Assembly: GCA_964304625.1 (NCBI GenBank)
Contig: OZ199839.1
Span: forward strand, 3,400,724-3,464,723
DNA: 64,000 nt
Reading direction: 5' to 3'
Source: Kudoa neothunni
Lineage: Eukaryota > Animalia > Cnidaria
Shown here piece by piece: positions 24,501-38,269 of the stretch. The first letter of the stretch is position 1, and the number at the start of each line of letters is the position of its first letter. The translations under genes and the position numbers were made by a program. The notes beneath the pieces are model-generated. The model worked only from the letters and a program-made list of their open reading frames with translations, ran no database searches and was not told where the DNA came from.

Positions 24501-27041
24501 CAACAAAAATATTTCTAGGTTAATTATAAATTTTTCTTTTAAACTTAAGCATTCAGTTATAAAAATTTGTACAATATCTGAACATATATCTGTATGTACA
24601 TTAAGCAAACATTAATTACCGATTATTTAAAAAAGTAGGTTACTCCTTTGTAGGCGTGTAAAAACTGCCATAATTATGTATTGTTTCTCCTTTAAGTTTC
24701 CATATTCTTAGTTAATAGATACGTCACCATATTAAATTTAGGTGGCAGAAATTAAAACACTAAAAATTGTTTATAAACTAAGTAAACAGTCTTTAAGCAG
24801 AAAATTAAAAAAAATATGCGAACATGTGACATTGTTTATGTTGGATTAGCCGGAACCTCGCTATCCTAAAAGAAAATTGTTGGTCCCAAATTTTTGGGAT
24901 AATAGAGGTTGGACTGTATTATTATGCATCACCACAGAAGCTTAACGATAAAATGAATTGTTTTGTACATCCGGTAATTAGTGGATTTTCGCTGACAGTA
25001 AAATTAGATAATTGGTCTTATGAATTAACCAGGTACCCAATGAAATTTTATTTAACCGTATAATTAACTAATTTACGGAAAAATATGTTAAGCAAACGTA
25101 ATATTAACTTAAATAATCCCGAATACACTAATTAAACAATAAACACATAAAATCTATAACAATAGGCTCTATTGTTGTCTATTATAATATCTTCCAAATG
25201 AATACATTAATCAATCAAATTGCACTTGTTGACAACAATGAAACATATAGATTATATAATTAAACGGAAGAATTATAAATGTATATTAAATCTCATTTAA
25301 TAATACTTTTGAAATAAAATAACTTAACTACAATGCTTTTTCAATATATTTTAATAATGCATAATCTCGTAATTACCAAAAATAAAGTACCCACGAAAAG
25401 ATGAATTTAAATAAATTAATTATTAGCATAGTAAATAGAAATTGCTTATAGGCGGAATACTATTGAAAAAAAATCCGCAACCACTTACATAATCAATATC
25501 TCGTTCTGTAGGTCGAAATCCGATACAAAATCTCATATCAGCTTGTTTCTTTTGAACATCTTCTAAAGTGGGCTTAGGTTTTTCATCTTTTTCAACGCCT
25601 TCAAGATAAGAACGAAATTCATTCTCCGCAAAATGCTGATTAGAAACATATTCCATACGAATAACACGTTCATCATTGCCACGTCTAACAAACGCATTAC
25701 AACACCCCTTCCTTTGTATCAACTAAATACCTAACTCGAAGAAATTTGTTGGTGACATATTCACCGAATTTGTAGGATTTATTCGATCTCAATACTTCAA
25801 CAATTTCATAAGCCTTAATTCAACGATGAAAATATAATAATGAATTTTAGATAATGATTGTGTTCATGCTGAGCACAACAATCGATTAAAAAGGATGATG
25901 ATGATGATGATAGGAAGAGTTAATCTCAGAATTCGTATCAATTCAAATACTTGATAGATTGAATGGCTGGTCGATGCACCATCACCCAACGGAGGTACAG
26001 CAGAATTTGCGAATCGGACAAAAAACCCTGGAATTCTATGTTCAAAAAATGGTTGATGTACCCATCTACAACGCACATAACATAAATAAAAGCTGATGGA
26101 GGATGAGTGAGTAGAGGTGAACAAAAGTAACACCCACTGACTCACAATTATGATAACACATACAGAGTTAATTTGTGGCGCGAAATTCTCAATTTATTAA
26201 AATCCTCCAATGATTCTATAGGTGATAGCGACTTTTTCTTATATGTATCATCAAATTCTTCTTCACTACTATCATCGCTAAAATTGCCGTTGAGGTAACG
26301 CTGTTTTCGACCGGAACTTGTGTCTGGCACATGTGAAGGGGAATCGGTATCATATGCACTCGATCTACCATCAGCAGTAGATAATTTTTTCTCTTAACAG
26401 AAAAACACATCAGAACACATCTCTCCCAAGTAACACCTACTATTTTTATAATCTACGTCTGAGATGGTTGAACTTATGAGTTGTCGCTGTTCACTCGGCT
26501 GTTGCATACTGCCATCAGCTTTACGCTTCATACGTTTATTCCTAATGAGATCGATCGATTGCTGATTTGATTTGACTAGATTTCGCTTGGGTCTCCCACT
26601 ATTAACACCTCCATTATTGAAGTGAGTATCTTTGGGAGGAGATTTTTTTTTGGTGGTAGCCGCTTTCAAACGTTTTTCGATAAGGTGACGGGCTTTTAAC
26701 GCCTCACGACGTTCCATTCGTTTAAACAACTCCTTCTCACGTTCGACTTCAGTCATCGCATTCAATAACGCTCGGTCGTTTTCATCACCCATAAAATCTT
26801 CATCATATCCATCGTCAAAATCAACATTGTCCGAGTTGTCGTCACTGTCGTCACATTCGCCCTCATCTACACAATTTACCAATGTCAATTTTAAACCCAC
26901 TCAACTGCCTGAATTTGATATATATCTAATTATACCACTCAGTATGGTCTTTTTCAATGTATTATCGGGCTGAAAATAACGATATGAAGGACTGTCGCCA
27001 CTATCTTCAAACCCTACACTCCTGTGAGACTTTTTCACCAT
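21505..27041 (-). CDS. RTF1: RNA polymerase-associated protein RTF1 (PAF1 complex, Plus3 domain), multi-exon
   Basis: [37 protein letters not shown] (HMD); [28 protein letters not shown] and [15 protein letters not shown] (Plus3); [10 protein letters not shown]; [10 protein letters not shown]; [14 protein letters not shown]. Exact start uncertain. Confidence 0.92.
21827..22763. mobile_element. hAT-type MITE in RTF1 intron
   Basis: CAGGGGTGG ... CCACCCCTG ends; 8-bp TSD ATCTAAAT / ATTTAAAT. Confidence 0.7.
24296..24916. mobile_element. pogo/Tigger-type MITE in RTF1 intron
   Basis: TA|CAGCCGAACCTCGATTAT ... ATAATAGAGGTTGGACTG|TA. Confidence 0.75.
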
Positions 27042-27656
27042 ACTAACAGTATAAAATGAGTGTCATATCAATTGAATCCAACGTGACATACAATACAACG
27101 TAATTCTGTTAAAGACAAGGTACAATTTCAGAGTGATACGACCAATCGTTCCAGTATTTAACGAAGATCGATGAATGTACCCGACTTCACCCGGATTCAT
27201 TGTGGACATTTTAACATCAATTTTGAGGGACTCTCCTAATTAATTAATTAATTTAATTAAAAATTTTTAAATAAACTCGGTAATACTAAAAACATTAAAT
27301 ATCAATTCAATAGTAAAAAAAAGTAATCCCTCAAGAATGTAACTGCTGTGGCTAATTTCTCACTTGTCTAACTATAACAATGTCATTCAATCTCCCAAGT
27401 AACGTTTCTAGGTTAATGTGAAGTTTAGCCAAATACTTCGCGCATGATTAATCCCGTTATCCGGTACCATTTTTCAATATCCAACAATCTACCTGTATAC
27501 AGTGCTCCCAACCTAAATTTTATTGATATGTGGAAATTTTCTGGAAGTGAATTATGACATGGTTAAAAATATTCAGATATTCCCAGTTTTACCATAATGA
27601 ATTATTACTGGCCACGAAAAAGGAAATAAATGCTAAAGATAAGTAACCCTTTAATA

Positions 27657-30600
27657 TAGGGGTTCTCAAACTTTTTTTTTAATTTACCCATTTAATTTGG
27701 AAACAAAATTTGTACCTACCCCAAGGATTTGTATTGGTTTAGCTATACAAGACATTGCTGGAAAAAATGCATCTTAATGATTTTAATAAAACAATTGGGG
27801 GGAAAATTTTAATTTTATTTAAATATATTTACACGATTTCAAAAAAAGTAAAGCAGTCGATTTGCATATCCAGCCACATATAAACGAATTCTGAAATGAA
27901 TATTTTACTTAGTAACATGTTTTAAAAAATATAAAAAACTTTAATAATGGTCAAGAATATTATTAGTTAGAATATTGCTGATTCTTTGAGTCAACTAGTT
28001 TGCTTATTAGAGGAGCTGTGGATGACAATGTTACTCTCATATCATAGGTGATGTTCAAACGGTCCCTGACGTATGACTTTATCTGTACTAACGTTGGGGA
28101 TCCAGTTCACATAAGTACGTGGATACAAATGGAATAATGACTTGGTAGGCACGCCGAGTGAGGAGGAGAAATGAATCTCCAAGCTTTACCCAAAAATTAA
28201 CACTATCCTTCTCAAATTCTTCCTTAAAAGTAGCAGACGGTTGGAGATTAATCAATTCATCATTTGCTAGATCATTATCATTCATATCTGATAGCCGGAG
28301 AGCAAAAGGATTTAAAATCTCTCTTTGTACGAATCATGTCCCCAGAAAAATAATCAGTACACTGATTCCTTAAGATATTAAAATGCGCTGAAATATTTTC
28401 ATTTATTTCAGATAATACACCAATTCTTTCATTGATGAAATCCTCCAAGTTTGTGAAATTTGTGAAATTTTTTTGATGGACTCTTCGTGCCCACAAATCT
28501 AACTTTGCCTGGAAAGCAATAATTCTCTCAAGCACTTCAACAATAGTCACACTTGTCCCTTGAATTTTTTTTTAAGTTGGTTGAGATAGCTGAATAGATC
28601 TGATAAATATACTAAATAAGAAATGGAAACAAGGTCAGAAAAGTTCTCGTCAAGCATTGAATTCGGGTCATGAAGGAAAATCTCCATTTCAATGCGAAGC
28701 TCAAACACGCGATTCAAATTCAAAACCAATCCACGAGAGAGCCACCTCACTTCGGTATGAAGCAAAAGAACAGAATGTTTAGATCCCATTTCTTCACGAA
28801 AAGATTAAAAAACGATGGTTTGACCTATCCCATAGCGGTTTCTCGTTCCCTTTTCGGCACAATTTTCACACCACTCTATATCTTACAATAATTTGTTTAA
28901 TAATGTAATTCTAGGATATATGATTCATATGTATAATTTCTATATTATATAAAAATATTAATTAAATATATTTTACATTGTGCCAGATACTGTTCTATAT
29001 TACCCCTGTAATGTGATAACATACGAATAGAATAGGAATTCTACTAAACTGTTATTTAAAAATACAATAGTTTTAGTATATAATAATATATTAACAGAAG
29101 TTTAATATAAGTAAAGAATTAAATATAATATATAAGAGAGCTACAAATAATCATCAACATAAAACAGTGCCGAAAAGGGCACGATAAACCACCGGAGTGC
29201 GATTTCTCAATTAATCTTTTTGATAACCTCGCGGTAAAAGCTTTAAGATGAGGTACAGAAACTTAGTTGATGGTATCGAAAATATTGAAAACATTGATCA
29301 ATTACCAAATATAGTTGATTTTGTAGTCATACCTCCAGATCATGTGGAAACATTGACCGATGAAGAGGATGAGTTCGTCCACAAAGATTACAACAACATT
29401 GAGATTGGAACTGTTCCTGAGATATGCGTCGAAATATAAACTTTCATTAACGTCGAACATGATGAAAACATTGAACTTGGCGGAGCCAGATGACATGAAA
29501 TCATCCCACGTTGCAATTCGTCGACAAACTAAATAAATGAAGATATGATAACCCATAATATAAATATTATTGATAATGATGATTCGAACATGTATGAGCC
29601 GTATGAAAGTTTTCTAGGATTTTTTGACGAAAACTTGTTATTGCATATCGTTAAAGAAACAAATTTATGCGCTCAACAAAAGAACGACCATAAATTTCAT
29701 TTGACGATGAAGGAACTCAAACGTTTCATCGGCATTTTATTATTAACTGGATATAATAAATTATCCCCGCAACATATGTATTAGGAATCTGCTATGGACG
29801 CTGCCGTTGAACTTGTGAAAAAGTCAATGTCATATAGTAGATTCAAACTAGTAAAAATATATAAATGTTAACGACAATTCAAAGTTGGATAAAACTGATA
29901 AACTTTTCAAAGTAAGGCCATTAATTGAAAAAATGAATAAAAATCTTAAAAAATCCGGTTTTTTCCATAACCACTTTGCAATTGACGGACAAATGATATC
30001 ATACCATACACAGGCCATCATACTTGCAAAATGTACATGCAAGGGAAACCGGTTCTTTTTGGCTTTAAACAATGAGTTTTAGCATCTTCTTAAGGTTACA
30101 TTTACAGTTTTAATGTGTACACCACACCGGTAACGAGGAATCATATTGCATAAGTCTTGGTTTAGGCGGCAGTGTTGTGTTAAAATTTGTTGAAGAACTT
30201 GAAGGAAGAAATGACGTTCATGTTTTTTTCGATAATTTTTTTAGCTCTTATAAATTGATAGCTGAATTGAAGGAGAGATATGTAAATGGCCCTTAACAGA
30301 TCCTAAGGTAATGGAAAAGAAACCGAGAGGTTTTTATGAGTCGTACGAAGATCGCTCAACCAAAATAAATTGCGTTTGTTGGAACGATACAAAACCAGTT
30401 GCCTTTCTTAGCAATGCGCTTTCTGTTAAATCAGTCCAGTATACAAAGCGTTATTGTAAAACAAGAAAGTGCAACGTGACGATAGATCAGCCATATGTCT
30501 CATATATGTATAACAAACATATGGGAGGCGTTGACATCGCAGACAATAATATATCCTGTTACAGAGTAAAAATTCGTCCCAACAAGTGTTAATGGCCCTA

Positions 30601-31750
30601 GTTTACAAATATTATCTCAATCTCAGCGGTTAATTCCTGCGAATGGCTCAATTATAAGAATGAATGCAACATAAAATTATTGACTCATATTAGGCGTATT
30701 GTTGCCAATATGATCCGAACTGAAAAAATTACTAGAAGATCATCTCTAGCAAATATTCACGCTGCTTTGTTATGTGATTGGCCAGCAATGAACGCAGACC
30801 CATTGAAAAAAAGACACAAATGCTTTGTTTGTAAAAAAACACTATTTATTTGTCTGAAATGCAAAAACTACATGCATATCAAATGTTCAATGATCTATCA
30901 TACGTCGTAATATTTTGTCGTTCTATTAATATATTATTGTATTTTTCCTCGGCGTAAACGCATGAACGCTTAATTAGAAAAACGCACGTCGGTGGTTTAT
31001 CGTGCGCTTTTCGGCACTTAAGCATTTTGGATTATTTTTAAACTTCCTAAATGATTCTAGAAGAAATATTTTACGCCTGATCATTAATAATTGTGCTCTG
31101 TTCGCAGTTTAAATTTTCTAAGGATTTAAATATCAAAACCGCTATGGGTTAATTATGCCGTATTTAATTTGATCATCATTTAGAGGATTTTAAGAGGGGA
31201 AGAATGATTCCCTAAAGCAGTTAACTATGGGTCCCTTTTTAATATATTCTCATAATTTGATTGTTAAATAAACAACATCTGAGACAGTAATTACAATGTA
31301 GACATTATCTTGAAATTCGATCTGGATGTGTTATGTACATAACCTGTTCCCAGCTACGACGAGATCTTGGAAGAATCCACTGTAAACTATCTATGTCGCC
31401 AGAATTAAGACCAATCATTCTTTGTACAATTATCCCAATTGTATTAAGCACTCATCTATGAAATAGTAAAAGAAAATCATCAATATCTGTCTCCCTATCT
31501 TACACACACCTGGTGACATTCCCTTCCCGACGATTCCTCCACAATGCTGCTGGCGTTAGTAATGATTCCTTGTGCATACACCCGAAATTAGCTGTTAGCT
31601 CTTTTAATCCTTTTATTTTGTTTCCTTTTACGTCATCGTATTTTCGTTTGCTAACCGCTTTCTGAATTTGGACACAACAGGATGTATGCACGACGTCATT
31701 AGATTCTTTTGTACGTCATTTTAAAACTTTAATAATTCAATGATCCAGTG
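27657..31750 (-). mobile_element. Degenerate hAT (Buster/ZBED5-SCAND3-like) transposon, split by a piggyBac insertion
   Basis: End TAGGGGTTCTCAAAC; ORF pieces HTEVRWLSRG..RVFELR, YLSDLFSYLNQL, FQAKLDLW and PFVSTYLCE at 28088-28789; more decayed N-terminal remnants beyond 31150. Far boundary uncertain. Confidence 0.75.
28829..31148 (+). mobile_element. piggyBac-like element with decayed transposase (PGBD-type)
   Basis: 13-bp TIR CCCATAGCGGTTT / AAACCGCTATGGG|TTAA; internal inverted repeats of about 28 bp at about 29167-29194 and 30990-31017; motifs DKLFKVRPLIE, FFDNFFSS, YNKHMGGVDIADN and a C-terminal Cys-rich domain CFVC...CLKCKNYMHIKCSMIYH; several stops. Confidence 0.9.
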
Positions 31751-33954
31751 ACTGAACCATATCGCTTGTGTTCGAAAAAAAGTAGCAATGTTACGATAGA
31801 CAAATATTTTTCGTGAAGACTAAGAAATAGCCGAGAAATAATACAAAAATTTCTATTCAAAAGAGTGAGTTGTCTACTCTATTTTTCAAGCAAAGACAAA
31901 AATGAAACTGGACATTTAGGGCTTTTTATTATCGTGCTATTTTATTGGCAAATTTGTCAATCGCTTGGAGTTCAACATCTTTATTATATGATATGAACTC
32001 GTAAAACTTTATGATTTCGAGTTGGTTGGCAGTGTAAAATGATTTTTTTCGCTAAAATTGACGTTCCGCCCATTATTTATTACAAAGTTCAGATTATGTG
32101 CAGCACTCGAGCTCGAGCCATTTTTGAGTTAGATCCATAAAGTAAGTTTTTACCCCTAACATTTTGTTGAAAACAAATTATTCATTGACGAGTGGTCTAT
32201 TCTTTTATTGAACTTTCTGTTTAAATTTGGATTGAACAAAATAAGCAGTAAACAAGTAAATTATTAAAAATTGCGTTGGACCCATACACTATTGTATGTA
32301 ATTTTTAATACATGTGTACGAAAAGATTGAATATATTTTGCACAAATAAACCTTAGTTAGGGTTGTTGGGGTTGGGAGTTAGAGTATGAGGGAAGTATCT
32401 GCGGCATTGATTTTAGGTTGTTGTAAGATAGTTGAAAAAACCATGTCAATGGTCCAGTCGCTATACACATTAAAGTTTTCATTACTTTTTGAAACAGCTT
32501 AATTATAATTACGAGAAAATTTTTACTAGAAGACAACACATTGTTCGTTCATCTAATCCATTATTTCTAAATTAAAATCTATAATTAATAATTTAGAACT
32601 AACTTACGACCAAAGGCTCTGATCGAGTTGTACCACATACTTGAAAAGTAAAAAGTTTTAAATTTGCACGCATTGTTTAATGACCCACAAACATTTAATC
32701 CAATTTTCTTCAATCTTAATAGGCACTAGCCCGCCTTTATTACAGAGCACTTTGAAAGATGTTCAGAAAGTCCATCACTCGCATTTTCAAACAAAGAATC
32801 TGTGTGATGGACTGATAAGCATAAGTAAAAAAAATAACACAAAGAAGCATAAGGTCAGAGAATGAGAGCATGTAATTCATGTTAAATAAATTAAAACAGC
32901 GCCAGAATTAACGATATTACAAAAAATAGTTTATTAGATGACTTTCCAAGAGAGAGTCATTAGAGACCCAACCAACTTTGGCGGTCCCTAATGGATGCCT
33001 ATTAGGTGACGATGAAATTTATTCAGAAAGTCTCGACTTGAAGCAACTAGCAAAATTTTATCCAATAATGTCCTTATTCATACTTTTAGATCTATTTATT
33101 ACTTCGACAGTCTGTCATTAACCCGGCTCAGATATATTTAAATTATTTAAAGGCAGGAGTCATCGCATAAAACAAGAGGTAGGCTTCTCAAAGGCGTGGC
33201 CCTTGCAAGTTATAGATGAAAATAATCTCCAACTAGTGATTACCACCCTTAGTGGATCCCGAAGTTTATAATAATATTATGTATTTTTAATTACGTGAGA
33301 GGTGTCATGTCCAATGAAACTTTAACAATGGCATTTTGAATTTCAGCCGTATAGATATAGTGTGATGAATGGAGTTTAGGATTTTTTTATAAAAATTATA
33401 ATAATTCATACAATACTAATCATTAAACTATCGTATAATGATTTGGCGTTTGATAAGGAGCATTAAAAATTGGTTTAACGAGAATATAAGTATTTTTAAA
33501 ACAAGGTATTATTCGTTTCCAAAATTTAATAACCCTTGTTGTATCATTAAATCTGTGCAACAAATAACAAGGGACCCAAATGACTCAGTCTTTTCAAAAA
33601 TCTAATGGTGCTATTCGGTAGGTTAGAATGATAATGAGTGTTGACTATGGTATTTATACGAACTGACGGGCAACACGATATATTTAATGATATTTATTTG
33701 ATGACTATTATCGATAATTTAACTCCTTTTATTGTGGAAAAATTATATTTTAACCTTTAATTATGACAGAATGTTTTTAACAAAATTCTTGTTGTATTAA
33801 CGCAGGGTCTCAATTAAATATTTATGCGCCAACCAGTAGGGGAGGTTTCTGACAAAAATCCCTCTTAATTGTCAACCAACAATCGTTATCAGTGGATTTA
33901 CTACTAACTCAAGTGATAAGATTATTCACTAATAACCATTCTGTAGTTGTTGGT

Positions 33955-35379
33955 ATGTTGTTGATCGTGAAATTCTTGGTAGTCTTTATAACAGTCGCTT
34001 CGGCTGGTACTACTGATTTATAGTGATTAAATTTTGTGTGTAATACTACAAAAGATAAACCATTGCCGACTTATGAATTGGATCATGGTGCTCCACCAGA
34101 ATGGATGAACCCTGGGGATGCCGCAAATGCAGCGATGCATAGGTGGTATATTGATAAAGTCACTGCGAAATGCATTCTCTTTTTATATTTGGGGTCACTT
34201 GGTAACTTTAACAATTTCCACAATGAAGAAACTTGCAATGATCATCGTATATAAAACTCAATTTACGATTATGTGATTTAAGCACAAACAATTAGTTGTA
34301 CACAAACCAGAAGAACAATTGGCAGCATGCCAAGATTCCGAAGATCCAGGAATGTGTGAACCAGCTACCACTGATGATTATGAAGATAGATGGCGCTTTG
34401 ATAGAGATACGAACGATTGTGTTATATTCAGATATTCCAAATGTGGCGGTAATGCTAACAACTTCTTGTCAAGAGACGAGTGTTTGGATGCCTGTCAAAG
34501 TAACCATCCCAACACATCATCAAATACAACATGAAAAAATTCATATGAATATCATCAATTTTTTAGATAACAGATATGGCGGTATTGTAGAAGTTCAAGG
34601 ACAGTACAGAGAATATCCTAATGCGTTTGATTGCAAATTCAGACCTGACGTTGATACCGAAGATCCGGATATGGGGATTGTTCCTCATGATACATTGCCC
34701 CAATGTGTTTATGCAGCAATAAAAAAGGGTGCATTTAGGGGATTTTTCAAAGATCTTCCATCTTGTGCCCATTATTGTTTAAGTATGTGGTTCATTAAAA
34801 GCGATCTTTTCACTTCAGTTAGAACACAAACTGGCGCAAGGTTGTCAAGAAAATCTACCATTTCAAACAGTAATAGAATTATCGAATAGACCTTTCATTC
34901 AAAATAACCTAATGGAAACTTACTTTGCTTATCGGCCTACTACAAAATTATGTATGCCCTATGAGTCAAAAGGAATTGATGACGTTAGACTCGATTCTGG
35001 ACAAATAAATGCCTTCACTTCACCTGAACTGTGTGCAAGCTTCTGTCCTGCAAGTAATAGTTTCTAACCTAAAATCAGTGATCTAGTGTCAAATCAACTA
35101 TTATTTGGTATTTACTTAGTAAATCAAATTGGTCCGTTGAAGGCTGTCGAAGCCTGCACGTTACCTGCTGAGGGAGTTTGTGTTAGCGATCCCCGACAAA
35201 TATGCCAATACAGTTTACCTAGGTTTTATTACGCACCTGAAGAAACTGATTCAAATACCGGTCAAAAAGGTGTATGCAAAGAATTCAACTTCAATGGAGT
35301 CGACCTTAACCTGAATAACTTCAGAACAAAGGCAGAATGTGAAGCTATTTGCAAGACTCCACTGTTGAGTGGCGGCTAA
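33955..35379 (+). CDS. Secreted protein with five Kunitz/BPTI-type domains (6 exons)
   Basis: Signal peptide MLLIVKFLVVFITVASA, then five exons joined by phase-1 GT-AG introns, each with a Kunitz-like core (RWYIDK..C..FLYLGSLGNFNNF..C; RWRFD..C..FRYSKCGGNANNF..C..C; RFYY..CKEFNFNG..NNFRTKAECEAIC). Confidence 0.85.
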
Positions 35380-36732
35380 TACAGAGGTTAGATTTCAAAG
35401 ATTGGTCTCCCCATTATACACTATCTAATGAAGCATTAATGGAACTATATTTAAGTAAATATTCAGTTGATATTGTTGTTACTATTAATTATTTTAGCTA
35501 AAATTCTAATTTATCCTCAATTCGATATTCGTTAAAACCATATTTTACAGTTTATAAAAATCGCTTTTTTATGTGCGCAAATCTTATTTACACACTAAGC
35601 AAGAATTATGATTTTTTATTTAAATAGTTCATTTATTATTGTTTGGAGTTTATTTTCTTCGTCACAACTCAAATTAAATGAATACGTATGGAACTTGATT
35701 AGAAAGTCTTATGAAATATCAGAGTTTTATGTAATTATTATAGATAACTCTGTGCGCAAATATTGCAAAGTATAATGCTTTTCTACGAAAATATATCATC
35801 CATACACATTCTTTTTCGATGAGGCGTACAAATATTCTTGCAACTTATTGCTCAGTCAGTTTCTCCTTTTGAGGGCATTTTTTTAGATAGCATATTATTC
35901 GACGTATATTATTTAAATTTGTCTCTATTTTTTTCAATGTGTTGCTATTGAAGCTTATTGAAAAGTGAACAAATCTCAGAAACGTTTTGCAAGATATCAT
36001 GTAAAAAATGTTCTTTATCCAGCGGTAGGTTATTGATAAATTAGCGTTTACCTTCATTACATTAAATGAGTGTTGAATCACTGATATTATTATTAAATAA
36101 CTCACTATCTTCACTGATTATCGATCAAAAGCTAGACTATGGAAATAAACCACTATTAACCTGAATGAGTGTTTTTATAATTAATGTGAATAAAAACGAA
36201 GACTTTTGTATTGGATTTATTGATACTATGCAAATGAAATTCTTCACTCATTTCTAGGAATCTTTCGGAGGTATTACTGAGACGCAAACTACGATAATAG
36301 AACTAATGCAACTAAATAATATCGAAATCGCCATATTATATGAATAAATATTATAGAAACATCAATTTTATACACAGGAATTCAATTAGATTTCGGTCTT
36401 TCACATTCAATATGCCTCTCGATTACGAAAGCATCATTGGTATTTCTCCATGCATACGTTTTTTGCAACAAATAAATTGGTTGTATGTGCGTTTTTGATA
36501 ATAGATTGGTTTGCGTGCGTTTAAAAAACAATTTTTATTTAATTTGAAGAAAAAGAGTTTATATGTCAATATTTTAAAATTACGTTTTTATTAATCTTAT
36601 ACATGTTTAATAACTAAATATTTAATTGTTACATCCATTTGATTGATCATCATTTAGGTTTCCTTCGAAAAAATGTAATTTTAATTCAATAAAAATATTG
36701 TTTACCAAAGAAAATTATTTTTGATGCATTAA

Positions 36733-37011
36733 TCAAATAATATCTTTAATAGGATATGAAGAATAACTCAGATGGCCATTAATTAAAAGATATATACAAA
36801 TTATTAGTAAAATAATGCCATCGATCTCCGTTTGAATAACATTCTCAATCGAATTCAATTGAGAAATAATTATAAAAATATCCCTAATAAAAAGACACAA
36901 ACTATCCTGTAAGTGTTGATATAATGGGCATATGAATAGGATATATGCATCAAAGTCAGTGTTGTCCATCCAAATCGGACATCGGCCAATCAAAATTCTT
37001 TGAAAAAACAC
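36733..37011 (-). pseudogene. Tc1/IS630 transposase C-terminal remnant
   Basis: IWMDN ... SQLNSIENV matches the DN...SPxLNPIE catalytic region. Confidence 0.55.
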
Positions 37012-37020
37012 AAACTAATG

Positions 37021-37026
<6 letters not shown>

Positions 37027-37054
<28 letters not shown>
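37027..37054. repeat. (TA)n microsatellite
   Basis: Read directly from the sequence. Confidence 0.9.
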
Positions 37055-37058
<4 letters not shown>

Positions 37059-38269
37059 GTAAATATAATATAATTCAGAAATTTAAAAGTTATGTCACCA
37101 CTCGGCCCAAGTGTGGAATAATTCCCTCATTCGAATAAGATCATCTAATGTATAGCACAACATTGTTTTTCTTCTGATGGTTTCGCTAATTCCAACAAAA
37201 GAAAATGCTCTTTCTGGAAAGGAGTTAATTAGAGTTAGCTAAATAAAAGCTTTACTATATTCTCCAACGAAATTAAAATTATCTTACTAATAAACAACGC
37301 TCAAAACTGGGATTATTGATAATTAAATCCATCAATCTTTGTTTTTGAGTCTGCTCAATTCCTTTTATTTCAAGTAATCGTATTACAGCTTCTCATTCGA
37401 TGTTCGAATAGAACACAAAACAATATCTAGACGTGGTTTAATTTTTATGAGTATTCATATACTAAACTTAAGAAAAATTAGTCCAATAAATAATGTTTAG
37501 ATGAATTTTAATTTATTTAGATATTAACTGGAATAAAATTTTTTGAATTTTGATTAACAAACATTTTTAATGCTAGCTTAACTTTGGACATCAACAACAT
37601 CAGGGATTTTTTCTATAATCTAAACATTCAGAATTGCAACACACACAACTCGCTTCACCATAATTCCAAAATGGTTCGTGGGAATAATTAAGCTGTGTAT
37701 CATTGCTAATAAGGATGAAAGATATCCAGAATTTTGGTCTCGACTGGAGCATAACATTTTAAAATGTGTTTATTTGCATAAATTTTTGGCATATTCTTTT
37801 TAGCCTCAATTTTTGTATTTCGTGGGGTTTATAAATTAGTTATTGAAACGTATAATTGTAACTTTCCTTTAGTGAACTTCTACTGCAGATATTTTAACTT
37901 GAAATACAGCATTAACCCAAGTATATAATCATCTAATCTAAGATTTTTCGTAATGAAATCAACAATCAACAGTCATTATATTTCCATTTTTTGTGAACTT
38001 CCGATGACTTCTTTTTCAAACATTGTTTTGCGATTATTAAATCTTTTGAGCTCGTTGGTTCAAAATCAAACACAGCTGGTAACGTTGATCGGATCGGGCT
38101 ATATTACAGTAGACGTGTAATCTTCGAACGAAATTTTTTTCACTATCGGGGAAAATCGGACATATTTTTAATTTGCAAATATATTCATTATGTATTCTGG
38201 GAGGGTACTCAATTCCTTGTTTAATGTTTTATTTTAACCAGTTAGTCAGATATATAGTCGCCCAGGTTC

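Noticed and set aside
29248-30910. Domesticated PGBD gene or stop-codon reassignment
   Set aside because: Stops of all types plus frameshifts, with TIRs still present; host genes in the window read cleanly in the standard code.
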